Assembly: GCA_001662655.1 (NCBI GenBank)
Contig: KV460215.1
Length of the DNA stretch: 64,000 bases
DNA from: Pseudogymnoascus verrucosus
Lineage: Eukaryota
Reading direction: 5' to 3' (one strand)
Shown piece after piece: positions 10,618-22,890 of this stretch (position 1 is the stretch's first letter; every line of letters starts with the position of its first letter). The notes below the pieces were generated by a model. The model worked only from the letters and a program-made list of their open reading frames with translations. It was not told the origin of the DNA and ran no database searches. A program made the position numbers and the translations under genes.

Positions 10618-12702
10618 ATGGAGCCTCCCGTGACGCCCCCGCGAAGGATACAATCCTCACTTCGGCAGACGCATCGACACCATGAAGACGCCACAAGTTA
10701 CGCCTCTCCGCCTAAGACGCCAATGTGGAGATCAGAACGCCTAACACCGACGGCAAATACATCAAGAAAAAGGGGGAGAGATACCTGGGCTCCGGCGACG
10801 CCGACATCACTTCCGAGGCGCAAAAGACGCGAGGCTGTCACGGGAGTATCGGCTGAATGGGCAGTTGGAGATGGAGAGGATATTTTCGAGGATAACGGAC
10901 CAGTGGGAACGGAGACCGAGGTTTCTATTTCTCACGCAATCGCAGCGGTCGAGCCTCTTGCTACTGGAGATTCCCTCGGAAATGAAAAGCAATATATCGC
11001 AATAGCCGTCCACTGGGATGCGGATGTCATCGGGGTAGTGTGCCCCTTTTGCATGGAGACGGAAATTCACCTTATGCCTCGCCCGAGCAACACCTCGGAT
11101 ATCGACCTGCGCGTTCCAGACTGTGACCCAGGAAAAACATTCAGGCTCTTATTTGCGGGTGATGGCCATCCAGCCGTGAAGGGTCGTAAGGCAATTTGGA
11201 CTGTCGAGAGACGAAGGTGGGAGGCTGTATATATCGAAGACTTGTGCTCTGAGGTTTCTGAAGGAGGAAGCGAAGTTGAAGAACTCGAAGACAGCACAAC
11301 GGAAGAGCCCATCCGTTCCGGAGACCTGCATCACGGCGACCCTGAAGAAATCCTGGAAGATAGGGAAGAGGACCAGATAAGCACATCGAGCGAAGGAGAG
11401 CTTCCCATTACAGCTGATAACGACGTGGACTTGCCCATTGCATTCTCTAGCGATGAGAGCACAACGGAAGAGCCCATTTGCTCCGGAGATCATAACCATG
11501 GCGACCCCGAAGAAGTCGTCGATGATATGGAAGTGGACCAGATCATGATTCCGAGCGAAGGAGAGCTCCCCCTTGCGGCCGATGGTGACTGGGACTTGCC
11601 TATTGCCGTATCCGATGGTGATGAAGAGGAGGCAATAACGCTGCAGGAAAACCCTGAAATTCTGCGCATTGCATCCAGCCTATTCTTTAAACCGCCCCCC
11701 GAGTATTTGACTCTCGGCCACGGGCAAACAGCCATCGTATACCGGCCAGTGGCTGTTATCCCTGTTCCAGGAGCAGTGGAGAAGACAGTGGGCTTCCTGG
11801 CTCCGACGGAGTCTTCAACAAATCGAATATTTACTCGAAGTGGCTGGAAGGGTGAGGAGATATCAGGTGCAGACTGCGCGTGGCTGCAAGACGCATTGTG
11901 CACAAACAAAGAAGCACCATGGCAAGAGTTAGCTATCATAAATAATAGCAACTATACGGACAAAGTCAGGGAACTCTCTGCGCATCTCGGTCTCGAGCCA
12001 AAATATCATAATTATGATAAAGAAAACCCCGTCGGCCAGGTTTGCTTCTCACATGTTGAGAAACAACTGGTTGTTGTGGCGCTCGAGGAGCACCAGTCTT
12101 CAAGGCACCTTGCGTCCACGGAGTCTCTCGTCAAGCGCACGATCTACCTGGACCGCGCTCCATGTGCGGGCTGTCTGGAGTTTGCCAAGGCTGTAGAACG
12201 AACAGTTCCCCTCAGATTCACATTCATCGTCATGACGCGAGTCATGAGCGATGTGCAGGTACGCAAAAAATTCGGAAAGAGAGATCTGGGAAAGGAGGGG
12301 GAGGACAAGGAGACGGATGATAGTGCAGATGACGAGATATCTCCCGACCACCAACAATCGTCTATCTCGGAGACGACGGGAATGAACAAGGAGACGCAGG
12401 ATTCTGGTGAGGAAAGCGGGGACGTATATGAGGTGTCGGCAATTATTGGCAGGCGAACACTACACGGCGAGTTGGAATACCTTGTGGAATGGAAGGAGAT
12501 GTGGCTGAACAGCGTCCAGTTTCAGGCGCAGGTTGAAGGATTATATGCCAAGGACTTACACGTTGTCTGCGAGATGACTGGGCGGAAAGGCGAGATGAGA
12601 CGTCTGGTCAGATGGTCAGAGAGTTGGATGGGTTATAAGGACCTGTACAACTCGAAGAAACTTGTCGAAGAATACGAACGCAAAAGGGGTTTGATGGAGT
12701 GA
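10618..12702 (+). CDS. Intronless 694-aa protein: CPFC motif, acidic 55-aa duplicated linker, SsdA/DYW-like zinc deaminase domain, C-terminal chromo-like domain(s)
   Basis: SGW (11839-11847), SHVEKQL (H at 12052), APCAGC (12157-12174); DVYEVSAIIGRR..EYLVEW from 12421; single open frame of 2085 nt. Confidence 0.75.
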   Translation: MEPPVTPPRRIQSSLRQTHRHHEDATSYASPPKTPMWRSERLTPTANTSRKRGRDTWAPATPTSLPRRKRREAVTGVSAEWAVGDGEDIFEDNGPVGTETEVSISHAIAAVEPLATGDSLGNEKQYIAIAVHWDADVIGVVCPFCMETEIHLMPRPSNTSDIDLRVPDCDPGKTFRLLFAGDGHPAVKGRKAIWTVERRRWEAVYIEDLCSEVSEGGSEVEELEDSTTEEPIRSGDLHHGDPEEILEDREEDQISTSSEGELPITADNDVDLPIAFSSDESTTEEPICSGDHNHGDPEEVVDDMEVDQIMIPSEGELPLAADGDWDLPIAVSDGDEEEAITLQENPEILRIASSLFFKPPPEYLTLGHGQTAIVYRPVAVIPVPGAVEKTVGFLAPTESSTNRIFTRSGWKGEEISGADCAWLQDALCTNKEAPWQELAIINNSNYTDKVRELSAHLGLEPKYHNYDKENPVGQVCFSHVEKQLVVVALEEHQSSRHLASTESLVKRTIYLDRAPCAGCLEFAKAVERTVPLRFTFIVMTRVMSDVQVRKKFGKRDLGKEGEDKETDDSADDEISPDHQQSSISETTGMNKETQDSGEESGDVYEVSAIIGRRTLHGELEYLVEWKEMWLNSVQFQAQVEGLYAKDLHVVCEMTGRKGEMRRLVRWSESWMGYKDLYNSKKLVEEYERKRGLME
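11290..11620 (+). repeat. Two-copy 165-bp (55-codon) tandem duplication inside the deaminase gene
   Basis: agcacaacggaagagccc at 11293 and 11458; STTEEPI.SGD..HGDPEE..D.E.DQI...SEGELP..AD.D.DLPIA occurs twice. Confidence 0.9.
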
Positions 12703-13239
12703 GCAGGGGGGAGGGGTGGGGTGTCAAGTGCGACTGTAGTGACAGCCGATTCAAGATGCATCTTCACAGGCCATATTATGAATATGGTTGAGCAATGATA
12801 TGGGATTAAAAAGGATTCAAATGAAAGCCTCCTGCAACAGTGTTCCAACCCTCTGATCGGTGACCCAAAGTAATAACAATCAATATGGGAAGGCCGCGAC
12901 GTGTGCATATATATCTCGATTCCGTAGAAATATCATAAATGACATACTAACATGGCCTTGAGAATCCAAAATGCCAGAAAGTAAAACCGCGCGCGTATAA
13001 AATAAATATATTGCTTGAATTAACTTTCAAGGGTTCGAGGTCTTGTTAGCCAGTTCGCTCCGCTATCTTATCAACGTGATGACGATCGCGGACGATCGCT
13101 TGGGGTGTTAGCGCGAAGTGCTACATGGGAGGAAGCCAAGCAGCTCGAGAACCAACCTCGTCAACTGGCCCATTGAGCCCAGGACAACTCACGAATCTCA
13201 AAACTCAACGGTGGTAGCTGGGCATAGACGGCTCTCAGA

Positions 13240-15610
13240 ATGTCGCTGTTTGGGACCTCCCCAGACGAGTCTGGAGCGGCGTCGACTCCAGCAAAATCCC
13301 GACAGACGCTCTTCGACGACCCCAGCCCTGCCAATGGCTCGCAGTCCTCGCTGTTCGCAGACGATGATAGCACACCTGGCGGGTCTCCATGGGGAATGCC
13401 GACGCCGAAGAAAGCTTCGAAGGGCGAGGTGATCAGCACGCTGCTGTCGGGGGGTGATGCCCCGGATAGCTATGTCGACGTCTTTGAGTCCGTACAGTCT
13501 AAGGAGTTTGGGCAGAGCGGCACCGTGGATGTGGCGGGGATGACGAGAGTCATGAATGCGGCGAAGCTGGGGGCTGATCAGCAGACGAGAGTTATGAATA
13601 CCATTGCTCCAGCTGGCAACACACTGCGGCGAAACGAGTTCAACGTCTTCCTAGCATTGGTTGGCTTGGCGCAGGAAGGGGACGACATTACACTCGATGG
13701 CGTGGATGAGAGGCGCAAGAGTAGGCATTGGCTTCACCAGTCTAACAACGTCCGCTGACATATCCAGAACTTCCGCAACCCGATTTGCACAATCTCTCCA
13801 CAGCACCCGAGGGTTTACCTGACACTTCCGAGCTGGCGTCTAAGCCGCCTCAGCGCCCCGCAACTCCTCCTACCAAATCCATTCCTACTCCGAAATCACG
13901 GGAAACACGACCCCGAAGAGAATCTCTAATTGAGGACGATCCGTGGGGAAGTCCTGCGCTACACAAGGGGCACAATCATGGGGTTCCTCAGCCCGCACCT
14001 GCTCCCCGCCATGTCGAGAGCACTGCGACACGGACAAACGGATCATTCGAACCATCTGAGAGAACTACTAGCAATTTTACAACGGAATCTGTAATCGAAT
14101 CCACCAATGGAAGCAGGGAGTCAGCACGAGAATCACGCCCAGCCCCAAATAGCCTTTGGTATTCATACGACGGCAATTCGCCTAATTCATATGGCAGCGG
14201 CCTGCCTACGGGTCTAGAACAAAATGCCTTTGCCGGCGGCTTGGGGGATGATCCTCACCGGCCACCTGTTAACCAACACCGAGCGATTGGTAGCGGTGGT
14301 CTCACTGGGAACGGGGTCGAGGAGAATATCCTAGTCACTCTGCTGCCCGAGAAAGAAGGTGTATTCTTGTTCCAGCATCATAACTATCAGGTCCATAGCC
14401 CGCGAAGAGGCAGCAAAGTTGTCCGTCGATACAGCGATTTTGTGTGGCTGCTTGACTGCCTACACAAGCGGTATCCATTCAGGCGATTGCCATTGTTACC
14501 GCCCAAGAGGGTTGGTGGTGCGTAGTTCTCCCCTCACGCGCCTGCGAAGCTAATTGCAGCAGTTAACGGGAGTTATTTAGCAGCAGATAGTACGTTCATC
14601 GAAAAGCGTAGACGGGGGCTGGTGCGGTTTGTAAATGCTCTTGTCAAACATCCCGTACTTAACCAGGAGCAGCTGGTCGTTATGTTCCTGACGGTGCCAA
14701 CTGTAAGATATTTCTCTTTAATGCCATAATTTTCTTTGGCTGATACTGACTTAGCGCCAGGAGCTCGCGGTTTGGCGGAAGCAGGCCACTATCTCTGTTC
14801 AAGAAGAGTTCACAGGCAAAGCATTACTTCCCGGGCTCGAAGATTCCCTGCCACCTACATTGAACGAACTATTCGAAACTACAAGGTCTGGAGTACGCAA
14901 GTCTGCAGAGGTTTATATCAATCTCTGCACACTTATGGATCGCCTTGCGAAACGCAACGAGGGGCTTGCCGCTGATCACGGGCGACTTTCGACTTCTCTC
15001 ATGTCTTTGACTGATGCGTCTCATGCTACGTATGCCATTGACACAAACGACGTCCCGCTTCTTAACGAAGGACTCCTCACAACCGCGAAGCATGTCACAG
15101 ACAGCCAGTCCCTGCTCCAGGATGAAGCACGGGCCTGGGATGAGGGCGTGCTGGAGGATCTCAAGAAGCAGAGAGATGCGCTTGTTAGCATGCGAGAGAT
15201 GTTCGATCGTCGCGAACGCTACGACAAGGACAACATCCCGCAGTTGGAGAAGCGGATCAAGAGTAATGAAGAGAAGCTGGCGAACCTACGATCGAGACCA
15301 GAAGGAGTGAAGCCAGGAGACGTGGAGAGGACTACGGAGTCCATCCTCAAGGTTTGTGAAGCCCATGCACATACCTAGCACATAATCTAACATATAACAG
15401 GACAAGGAGTCGATTGTTGCGCAGCATGCGCGCGGTGTATTTGTCAAGGAGTGCCTGCGTGACGAATTGACGTACTTCCAGGACTCGCAGTACCAGGTCA
15501 GCCGGTGGAACCAGGACTGGGCGCAGGAGCGGGTGAAATACTCGGAGCTGCAGGCGGATAATTGGAGGCAGCTCAACGACCAGCTGGAGAGCATGCCGAT
15601 TGGTGGGTGA
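13240..15610 (+). CDS. MVP1: Sorting nexin Mvp1 (PX-BAR), 5 exons; introns 13721-13767, 14518-14562, 14703-14760, 15352-15399
   Basis: MSLFGTSP start; PX motif EKEGVFLFQHHNY..VVRRYSDFVWLLDCLHKRYPFRRLPLLPPKR; BAR-like helical C-terminus. Confidence 0.93.
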
Positions 15611-16201
15611 GGGTGTTCATAGCTGTGGCGGCAAGGTACACACCGTACCTTTGGCGGGTAATGGGATATCAGTGGTAGGCAGTATATACCTGGGAAGCGC
15701 GTGTACTCTTCATTTTTGAGCGGATTGTTTGCATTCATAGCGTCGAGGGTTGTGATGAGCGGGATATATATCCACTGTTTTCAGATGCAAATCCAAATCA
15801 ATTTCTCAGCCTCGCGCTAACGCCTGTCAACACTCTATATGCCACAGCCAGGGCAAGGACATCCCATGTGCAGATCTTTCAATTCTCGCAGCTCAAGTAG
15901 GAGATTAACATAAGTTCTGCCTTCCTGCCATCGTAATAGTTTCTTGAATTTAGTTTCGATGCATAGCGGGGTTCCAAGACTGATAAGTCGGCACAGGTAA
16001 CAGGTACCTCGGCTCAACAAAGCGAGGCTGAGCAGGAGAAGTTGTCCAGGATTGTCACCATTTCTCTAGACTTTCTCTGCACCTCTATATTCTTATATCC
16101 TTGATCCTATTCAGTCTCATCGCGGCCTATATGTGCATATATAACTAATCGTTAGAATTCCACACCGCCGCATCTTTCTTCCAGTCCCTTAACTTACCAC
16201 A

Positions 16202-17361
16202 ATGGACCACCCTGCGATACCCAACGCCGAGACGTCCTTTGCGGACCTGATGGCGTTAGAGAAGGTCCCAGGGAAGGATCACACATATATGTCTAAGACG
16301 CCAGCATGGGCACCCGGCGGCTCCTGGAATTCCTTCGGCGGACACGTCTACGCGCAGGCTTTGTGGGCCGCGGCGCAAGAGGTGCCTGAAGGCTTGGTAG
16401 CTCACGTATGTGGTCTCCTGCCCGCATTGATCAAGGAAACACTTATCTAACACGCCTATAGAGCACACACGGCTACTTCACGCTACCAGGCAAAATTGAC
16501 CGCCCTTACGTCTACACAATCAGTCATTTCAGCGACACGCGCTACACATGCCAGCGTTCTATCTCTGTGAGGCAGCCCCGGCGCCAGTCTAGGAGAGATG
16601 AAGAAGCACAATTCGCCATCACTGATGCAGATGGCGAGATGAGCGACGTGTGCTTCCACATGATCTGCTCCTTCAAGATCGCCACGCCCACGCTCTCCAC
16701 GCACCAAGAGCCGAACTGGGGACAACAGTACACAGCGTCGCTCGGCGGGAAACGCCCCGAGGACTGGGATATCTGTCCTGATATCGATATGCCGTGGTAC
16801 GAGGCGCATATCCGGAAGTTCCCTGAGCACAAGACGTTTCCTGGATTGGAAATCAGGAAGGCAGATTGCGAGCCGTATAATAAGGGAAAGCCGCCTGGGG
16901 ACTACAGGCAGTTGCACTATTACCGGAAGGTGGGGGAGATGTCGAGGGCGGAGCCGAATCTTCATGCTGCGGCGCATTTGTACGCCAGCGATCGGAATGG
17001 TCTGTTTTTGATAGCTAGGGCTATGGGCTTCGGGGATCGGTTGGCGAAGATTGCGAGTTTGGGGCATAGCGTAATTTTCCATACTGACGCTGATGAGATG
17101 CTGCTGGAGGGGGATGGGTGGTGGACACAGGAGGCGTGGACAACGAGGAGTGGGGGTGGGAGGGGGTCACACGAGAGTAAGCTGTGGAGTCCTAGTGGGG
17201 TCCATGTGGCAACGACACTTCAAGATGGGTTGGTGAAGAAGGCTGAGCCGGGGACGTTGGCGATGTTTGAGGGGTTTGGGGAGGCATTTGCTGGTGGGGA
17301 TGCGGAGGAGACAGAAAAGTCTGGGGATGGAGCACAGATGAAAGAGACCGCGAAGTTATAG
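16202..17361 (+). CDS. Acyl-CoA thioesterase II (TesB/TES1-like double hot-dog); intron 16406-16461
   Basis: FGGHVYAQALWAA, HSTHGYF after splicing, HLYASDRNGL, ASLGHSVIFH, G.HVATTLQDG. Confidence 0.88.
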
Positions 17362-17621
17362 GACGAATTACGGCCGAGATTCACAAACTTGAGCACCGTG
17401 GAGGTAATATTGTTGCACCTAGAGAGGGCATTCACACCATGACATTGCCGCCGAGCATTAAAAGCACATTATACCATAAACATAGAAAATAAAGTATTGT
17501 ACATATGCTTAGTTAGCACTCTAGATATTCTAGAACCATTTCCTCGCCCGGTCTGGTCTGCATAACCTCTCTTCAGATAGTAGCCACTCATAATACAAGA
17601 TCATACCGCCTAATCCGACAT

Positions 17622-18601
17622 CTACCACAACTTATTCTCTCCCTTAACAATACCCTCCTTGGTAACCTTCTTCTTGCTCTTCTTGACCGTGGTACTTGGC
17701 GCCTTGAAGAACAAAGATGGTCCTTCGCCCTCTGCGATCAAGTGGCTCAGGTATCCCCTGTGTGCCGGGTCTCTGTAGTATTCGATATCCTTACGGCTCG
17801 TTGGGTCGGGGAGACGGTAAGAGAATGGCTTGGCCTGTGCGAGGATCGGGGATTCGGTTGACTCGGCGCTATCCTCAGCTGAGATCATTCCGAGAGGAGT
17901 GAAGGACGACTCGGACTCGCCCTTGAGGAGACGGCGGAGCGATTGCTTGGTGTAGTAGCGGGTGGTGACCTTTCCTCCAGCGGCTTCGACGGCCTCGATG
18001 GCCGCAGCTGAGGCGCGCGATACGAGGATGTTGATTGGGGTCTTCAATTCTTGCTTTCCGCGTGCCAGGAGCTTCACACCGTCGTTCTTGACACCATGGA
18101 GGCACCGCGACTCAGCCAGCTCCTTGACTGTGATCGGCTTGGTCGGGTCCAGCCTTCCCTGGTCGATCCAATCTTGTATGCGGTTGAGGTTGATGGGCGA
18201 CATCTCGACGGAGAAGCTATAAACGGTTAGAAACATGCGCGCTACAGTCACAGCTGGGGTGCTGTTGCAATTGCATGGCGGGAGACGTACAAATTCGCTG
18301 CATCTCCCCCCTTCTGGTGGTGCACGACATCCTGCGTAGTCTGACCACCCTGGAACCTCGCCGGCACACTTCCGTGCTGCTTCTGACCCTTGTGACCTCT
18401 TCCTGACGTCTTTCCCTTGCCCGACGATGGACCACGACCGCGCCTTATGCGCTTGCTGTACGCCTCATCTTTGTCCTGGAGGTTCGACAGAATCGAGGCG
18501 TTTCTCGCCTGGAGAAAGGGGACGAGGAATGCCGAGACAATTCCATTCGTACTTTGGGCCGGGCGAAGAGCCGCCGTGAGTGCGGGTAACCGTGGAGGCA
18601 T
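17622..18601 (-). CDS. MRPL10: Mitochondrial large-subunit ribosomal protein uL15m (yeast MrpL10); intron 18217-18290
   Basis: [64 protein letters not shown]-terminal presequence-like segment. Confidence 0.93.
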
Positions 18602-18963
18602 TGCTGGAGGTGGGTTGTTGTTCCTGGGCTTGCAGCTTCATGTTCGTTCAATCCCGACGACATTGGAATTTTAGTCGTCACGTGACATACCCGACACCCC
18701 TGTAATTCCAATGTCCATTTATAGCCTATCAATCACGGTTGGAGCTTCCGCCCAGGCTACAGCAATGTGAGTTTATTGAGAAGCTATTCCCTTCTTGTCC
18801 TCAAATTCCCCTCCCTTTCTTCAGCAACGTGAATGTGATTCTGTATCTCACCGGCGTAGTATCAACACTACTAGAGGTGGAGATGACAGCTTTTCAACTT
18901 TTATAACCCTTCTTCTCCTTACTTGTTTGCGGCGTCGGTGTTGAATACAAGTGTCAGCCAGCC

Positions 18964-21179
18964 ATGCCTTCCTTCAACCTCAGCACGCGACAAATCATTG
19001 TGCTGTTTAGTTCTGCTGCTTTTCTTGCGATTGTTGTGAATTCTTTTATACTGTTTGGCGCAGATGCCCCACGAAGAGTCCTTCATGTTGTTCTTCCAGG
19101 ACAGGCAAAACCAGAGCCTGAAGTAAGTACCCCTCCTTATCTGAAAACCCCCACAATGTCTGACCTGTGGGAATAGCTCCCGAGGCTCAAAGACTGGAGC
19201 AACGTCAATGGCGACTACGATGCGAACCTTGTGGATGACCAGCATCCTGTACATCAGCGAATTGTCGAGAAAGACGCATTATGGGATCGTTACCAGGAAC
19301 GGGGGAAAGCCATATCCCAAAACTTCTCCAGCATTGTTCTAAACTACCGGGAACGGTACGGAAGGAATCCACCGCCACATTTTGATAGGTGGTATAAATT
19401 TGCACGAGACCGGAAGGTTGAAATCATGGGCGACTTTGCTATGGAGGTGGGGTCTGGAATCGTGGGCCCCTTTGAACAGATTACGGACGATTTAAGACCC
19501 TTCTGGGGCGTGGATCCAAAGGTTATTCGCTCGCTAGCGGGGCGCATGCATAGTAGGATAGACGACGGTATTATGGGCGTGCACATACGAGATGGGGCTG
19601 TGTCGTCAGTGAACCAAGGTAAAGAGGAATGGCCGAAGGAATGGGGTTTTGTTGAAATGATTCAGTCTTTCGTCAAGGACCTGCCAGATATGGATATTGC
19701 TGTCAACCTGCATAGCAAGCCACGTGTGACGGTTCCTTGGGACGAACTCCAAAAACTCCTGAAGACTGAAGAAGGGTCTAGGGTCAATACTGAGCATATA
19801 AAGAACGAGTTTTCGAAGCATCTGCCTGGCCTCTGGGAAGATGCAGCTCCGAAAGAAACTGTGGTGGATCCAGAATGGAAAGACATATCAGGACTACCCT
19901 ACATGTCTACTGCAAAGGAGGCATGCCCTCCCGACTCACTCGTTCACGACGAAGAGCTTCTCGCGGACAAAGCACTCTTTCGTTACAAAAGCTTTCTCAA
20001 GTTTAGTGAACAGAGGCGAAACAACAATACCAATACCCTTATTCAAAACCAAAATCGATCCTTGGACCTCTGCTCTATGGGCCCTCTCATCTCTGATCTT
20101 CATACCATGCTTTATTTACCTATGGGTGTAATAAATACTCACCGACTCGTCCCAATTTTCAGTGAGGGCAAGACAAATGTTAATAACGACATCCTCTACC
20201 CATCCGCGGCCTATTGGACTACCTCAAAGGATACAAATTACGCGTATGATGATAAGTATGACTACGCGTGGGAGGATAAGCACGATACGCTGTACTGGCG
20301 CGGCACAGTCACTAGCCCGCCACTGGGCGTGGACACAGAGACACAAAACATGCAAAGAGACCGGTTGGTCCGCGATCTCGATGCCGAATTTCTAGGCCAG
20401 CATAACGTCACAATCATCGGCACCGACCCCCTGCACCCCAACATCTACGGCATAAACCCCAACAACGGACTCCGCAATTTCCAGGCCGCCCAGTACGCCC
20501 TCGATCACTCCGACGCCAAGTTCGTGAGTGGAGGTTGGTGTGGCGAAAACTGCGACAAATCTGGGGGCTCCTCAGACTTTCAGAACCCGACGTCGCTCGC
20601 CGAGCAATTCAAGAACAGGTTTATCCTTGACGTGGATGGGGACGGGATCTCGGCGCGCTTCCGCGCGCTGCTACAGAGCCGCAGCCTACCTGTCAAGAGC
20701 ACATTGTTCAAGGAGTGGCATTCCTCGCGCCTTTTCGCGTGGGTGCACTATGTGCCGCTCAGTATCGAATATCGCGAGATATTCAGCATGTTGACGTATC
20801 ATGTGGGGTATGGGAATGCGGAGGGAAATGATCGGGGTGAGGACTGGGTTAATAAGGATTTGTATGTGCAGAGGCATGAGTTTGAGGGGAGGTTGATTGC
20901 GAAGAGGGGGTCGGAGTGGGCGGCGAAGGTGTTGAGGAGGGAGGATATGGAGGTTAGTTCCGTTCTTGCTTTCCCCTGTCTTCTTCTTCTGTTATCCCCT
21001 CTTATTTCTCCTGGCCACGTCGACAATGAAGCTAATAGCTGGAATAGGTGTATATGTACAGACTACTGCTCGAGTATGGGAGAATCATCGATGATGATCG
21101 GGACAACATAGGTTACCCAGGCGACGGATCGGAGGTTGATGAGAGTAAGTGGGCGAAGCTGATTGGGCTTGGCAACTAA
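18964..21179 (+). CDS. Glycosyltransferase family 90 (CAP10/Cxt1-like), type II membrane protein; introns 19122-19176 and 20953-21047
   Basis: YRERYGRNPPPHFDRWY, LPDMDIAVN, LYWRG, DVDGDGISARF, EWHSSRLFAWVHYVP, LRREDME|VYMYRLLLEYGR. Confidence 0.9.
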
Positions 21180-22861
21180 TTCGAGGAAGGGGTCGTCTGG
21201 AAGTGTATAAATCAGAGCGAGTATATAAGTGAGGGTGCGTACGATAGTTTACAGCGGAGCTTTAATTTTGGATGGGAATTTTAGATGTCCCTGAGGCGTC
21301 AATGGCTGTTCATATTGCATATCATTCGAAAGTGGTATCGTTTAATCAGAGCATGCTGGCTTTTTGTTTGGTTCAGTTGTAAAAACATTGTGGCAGGTGA
21401 CGACGATATACTGAGATCAACGTCTAGATATTGTTTTCTTTCTTTTCTTTTTTTGGCCATTTATGAGGGCCAACTGAATATATTCCTTGGTTTTTTATGT
21501 ATTAACATGAGCGAGTGATTATTTGGTGTGATATAAATTCAAATCCAAAAGTTATATTTTAATTTCTAGCCTGTATAAATCGAAATAAATATCACCAATA
21601 ATTTATGGCTACTCCAGAAACAAACATTAATATGAATCCACTCAGTAAAACGGGAAAAGAACCCATATATATATTCAAGCATATGTTACAATTGCAGCTT
21701 CCAGAAAATATCATAGATATAGATCAGGGGCTCAAGACGGGACAGAAATCAAAACGGCACGGTTGGAAGACAAGCACCTCACACCCAAGGATACCACCAT
21801 GTTGGACAAGGCAGCCCAGAAGGTAATCACATCACGCACATGCATGCAAAACAGATTTTCCGCCAGGAACTCTTCCTCGTCCCTGCTTCCTCCATGGGAC
21901 AGGCAGGACAGGCACATGACAAGCATTCACAAGCCGTTCGGAATCTGGGGAATCCCATCGTCCTCTCACTGACTTCACAAGCCGTTGAAAATCCGGGGAA
22001 CCCCCATCCTCCTCCCATCTTTGTTTCCACAGACCCGACAGGCACATGATAACTGTCACCTCCTTCCCACCAGGTATTCCCCAAACAGTGTCAAATATTC
22101 GGAGTCGCTCCATGCGGTATTTTATTCGCACCGCTTATTGATGAGGATTAGAAATGGGATTCTAGATCTAGACAGCACATCACATGTGAGAATGGCACAC
22201 CCTCGACTCCCGACCACCGACCCCTACCTCGGTGCACGCGTTCATCCGCACATATCGATCGGGATAATCGTGTATTATACACTCCAGGCGCGACAGTTAT
22301 CCGAACCTATGGCGATAGGAGATCTTGATATAGAAGGTTAGAAGGTTTGCCCAAAGTTCGAACCAGTAGGTTAGTGTGGATTGAGGAAATATTATACCCC
22401 CCCAGCCCTTGCATACATGATAATCTATATTCCAAATTCGTTAACCACGAAGAACATTCCACGAATCCACACCAGCCTTACCCTCCGTTCCCTTCTGCCG
22501 GCTGGACCCCTGCTCCTGGCCATCCTATCCCAACAGACATGCCAATCCACTTGCCCTGGATGGGGAACACAAAGAACAATCTATGGCCCCTGGCGGGGCG
22601 AGGAACGGGGACGACGCGTGATACGGTTTACTCTGCCGTGCAGTGGTGGTATGTGATATGACAGGACCAAGTCCACTCTATGCGTCCAAGCAGGTTTATA
22701 GCCGCATATTAAGGTCTATCACTTCCCGTCTGCGGCGCCACAGCGAGTAGTGTGGCGGCGCTCTATGTGTCTATCACCTTGAGGGACGCGTAGGCTTCAT
22801 TTTACCAGGTGCCATCAGCAAATCTTGTTTATTTCGTCTCGTCTCATCTCATCTAGTTCCC

Positions 22862-22890
22862 TCCAATCCAATCCAATCCAATCCAATCCA
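22862..22890 (+). repeat. (TCCAA)n pentanucleotide microsatellite
   Basis: tccaatccaatccaatccaatccaatcca read directly. Confidence 0.85.
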
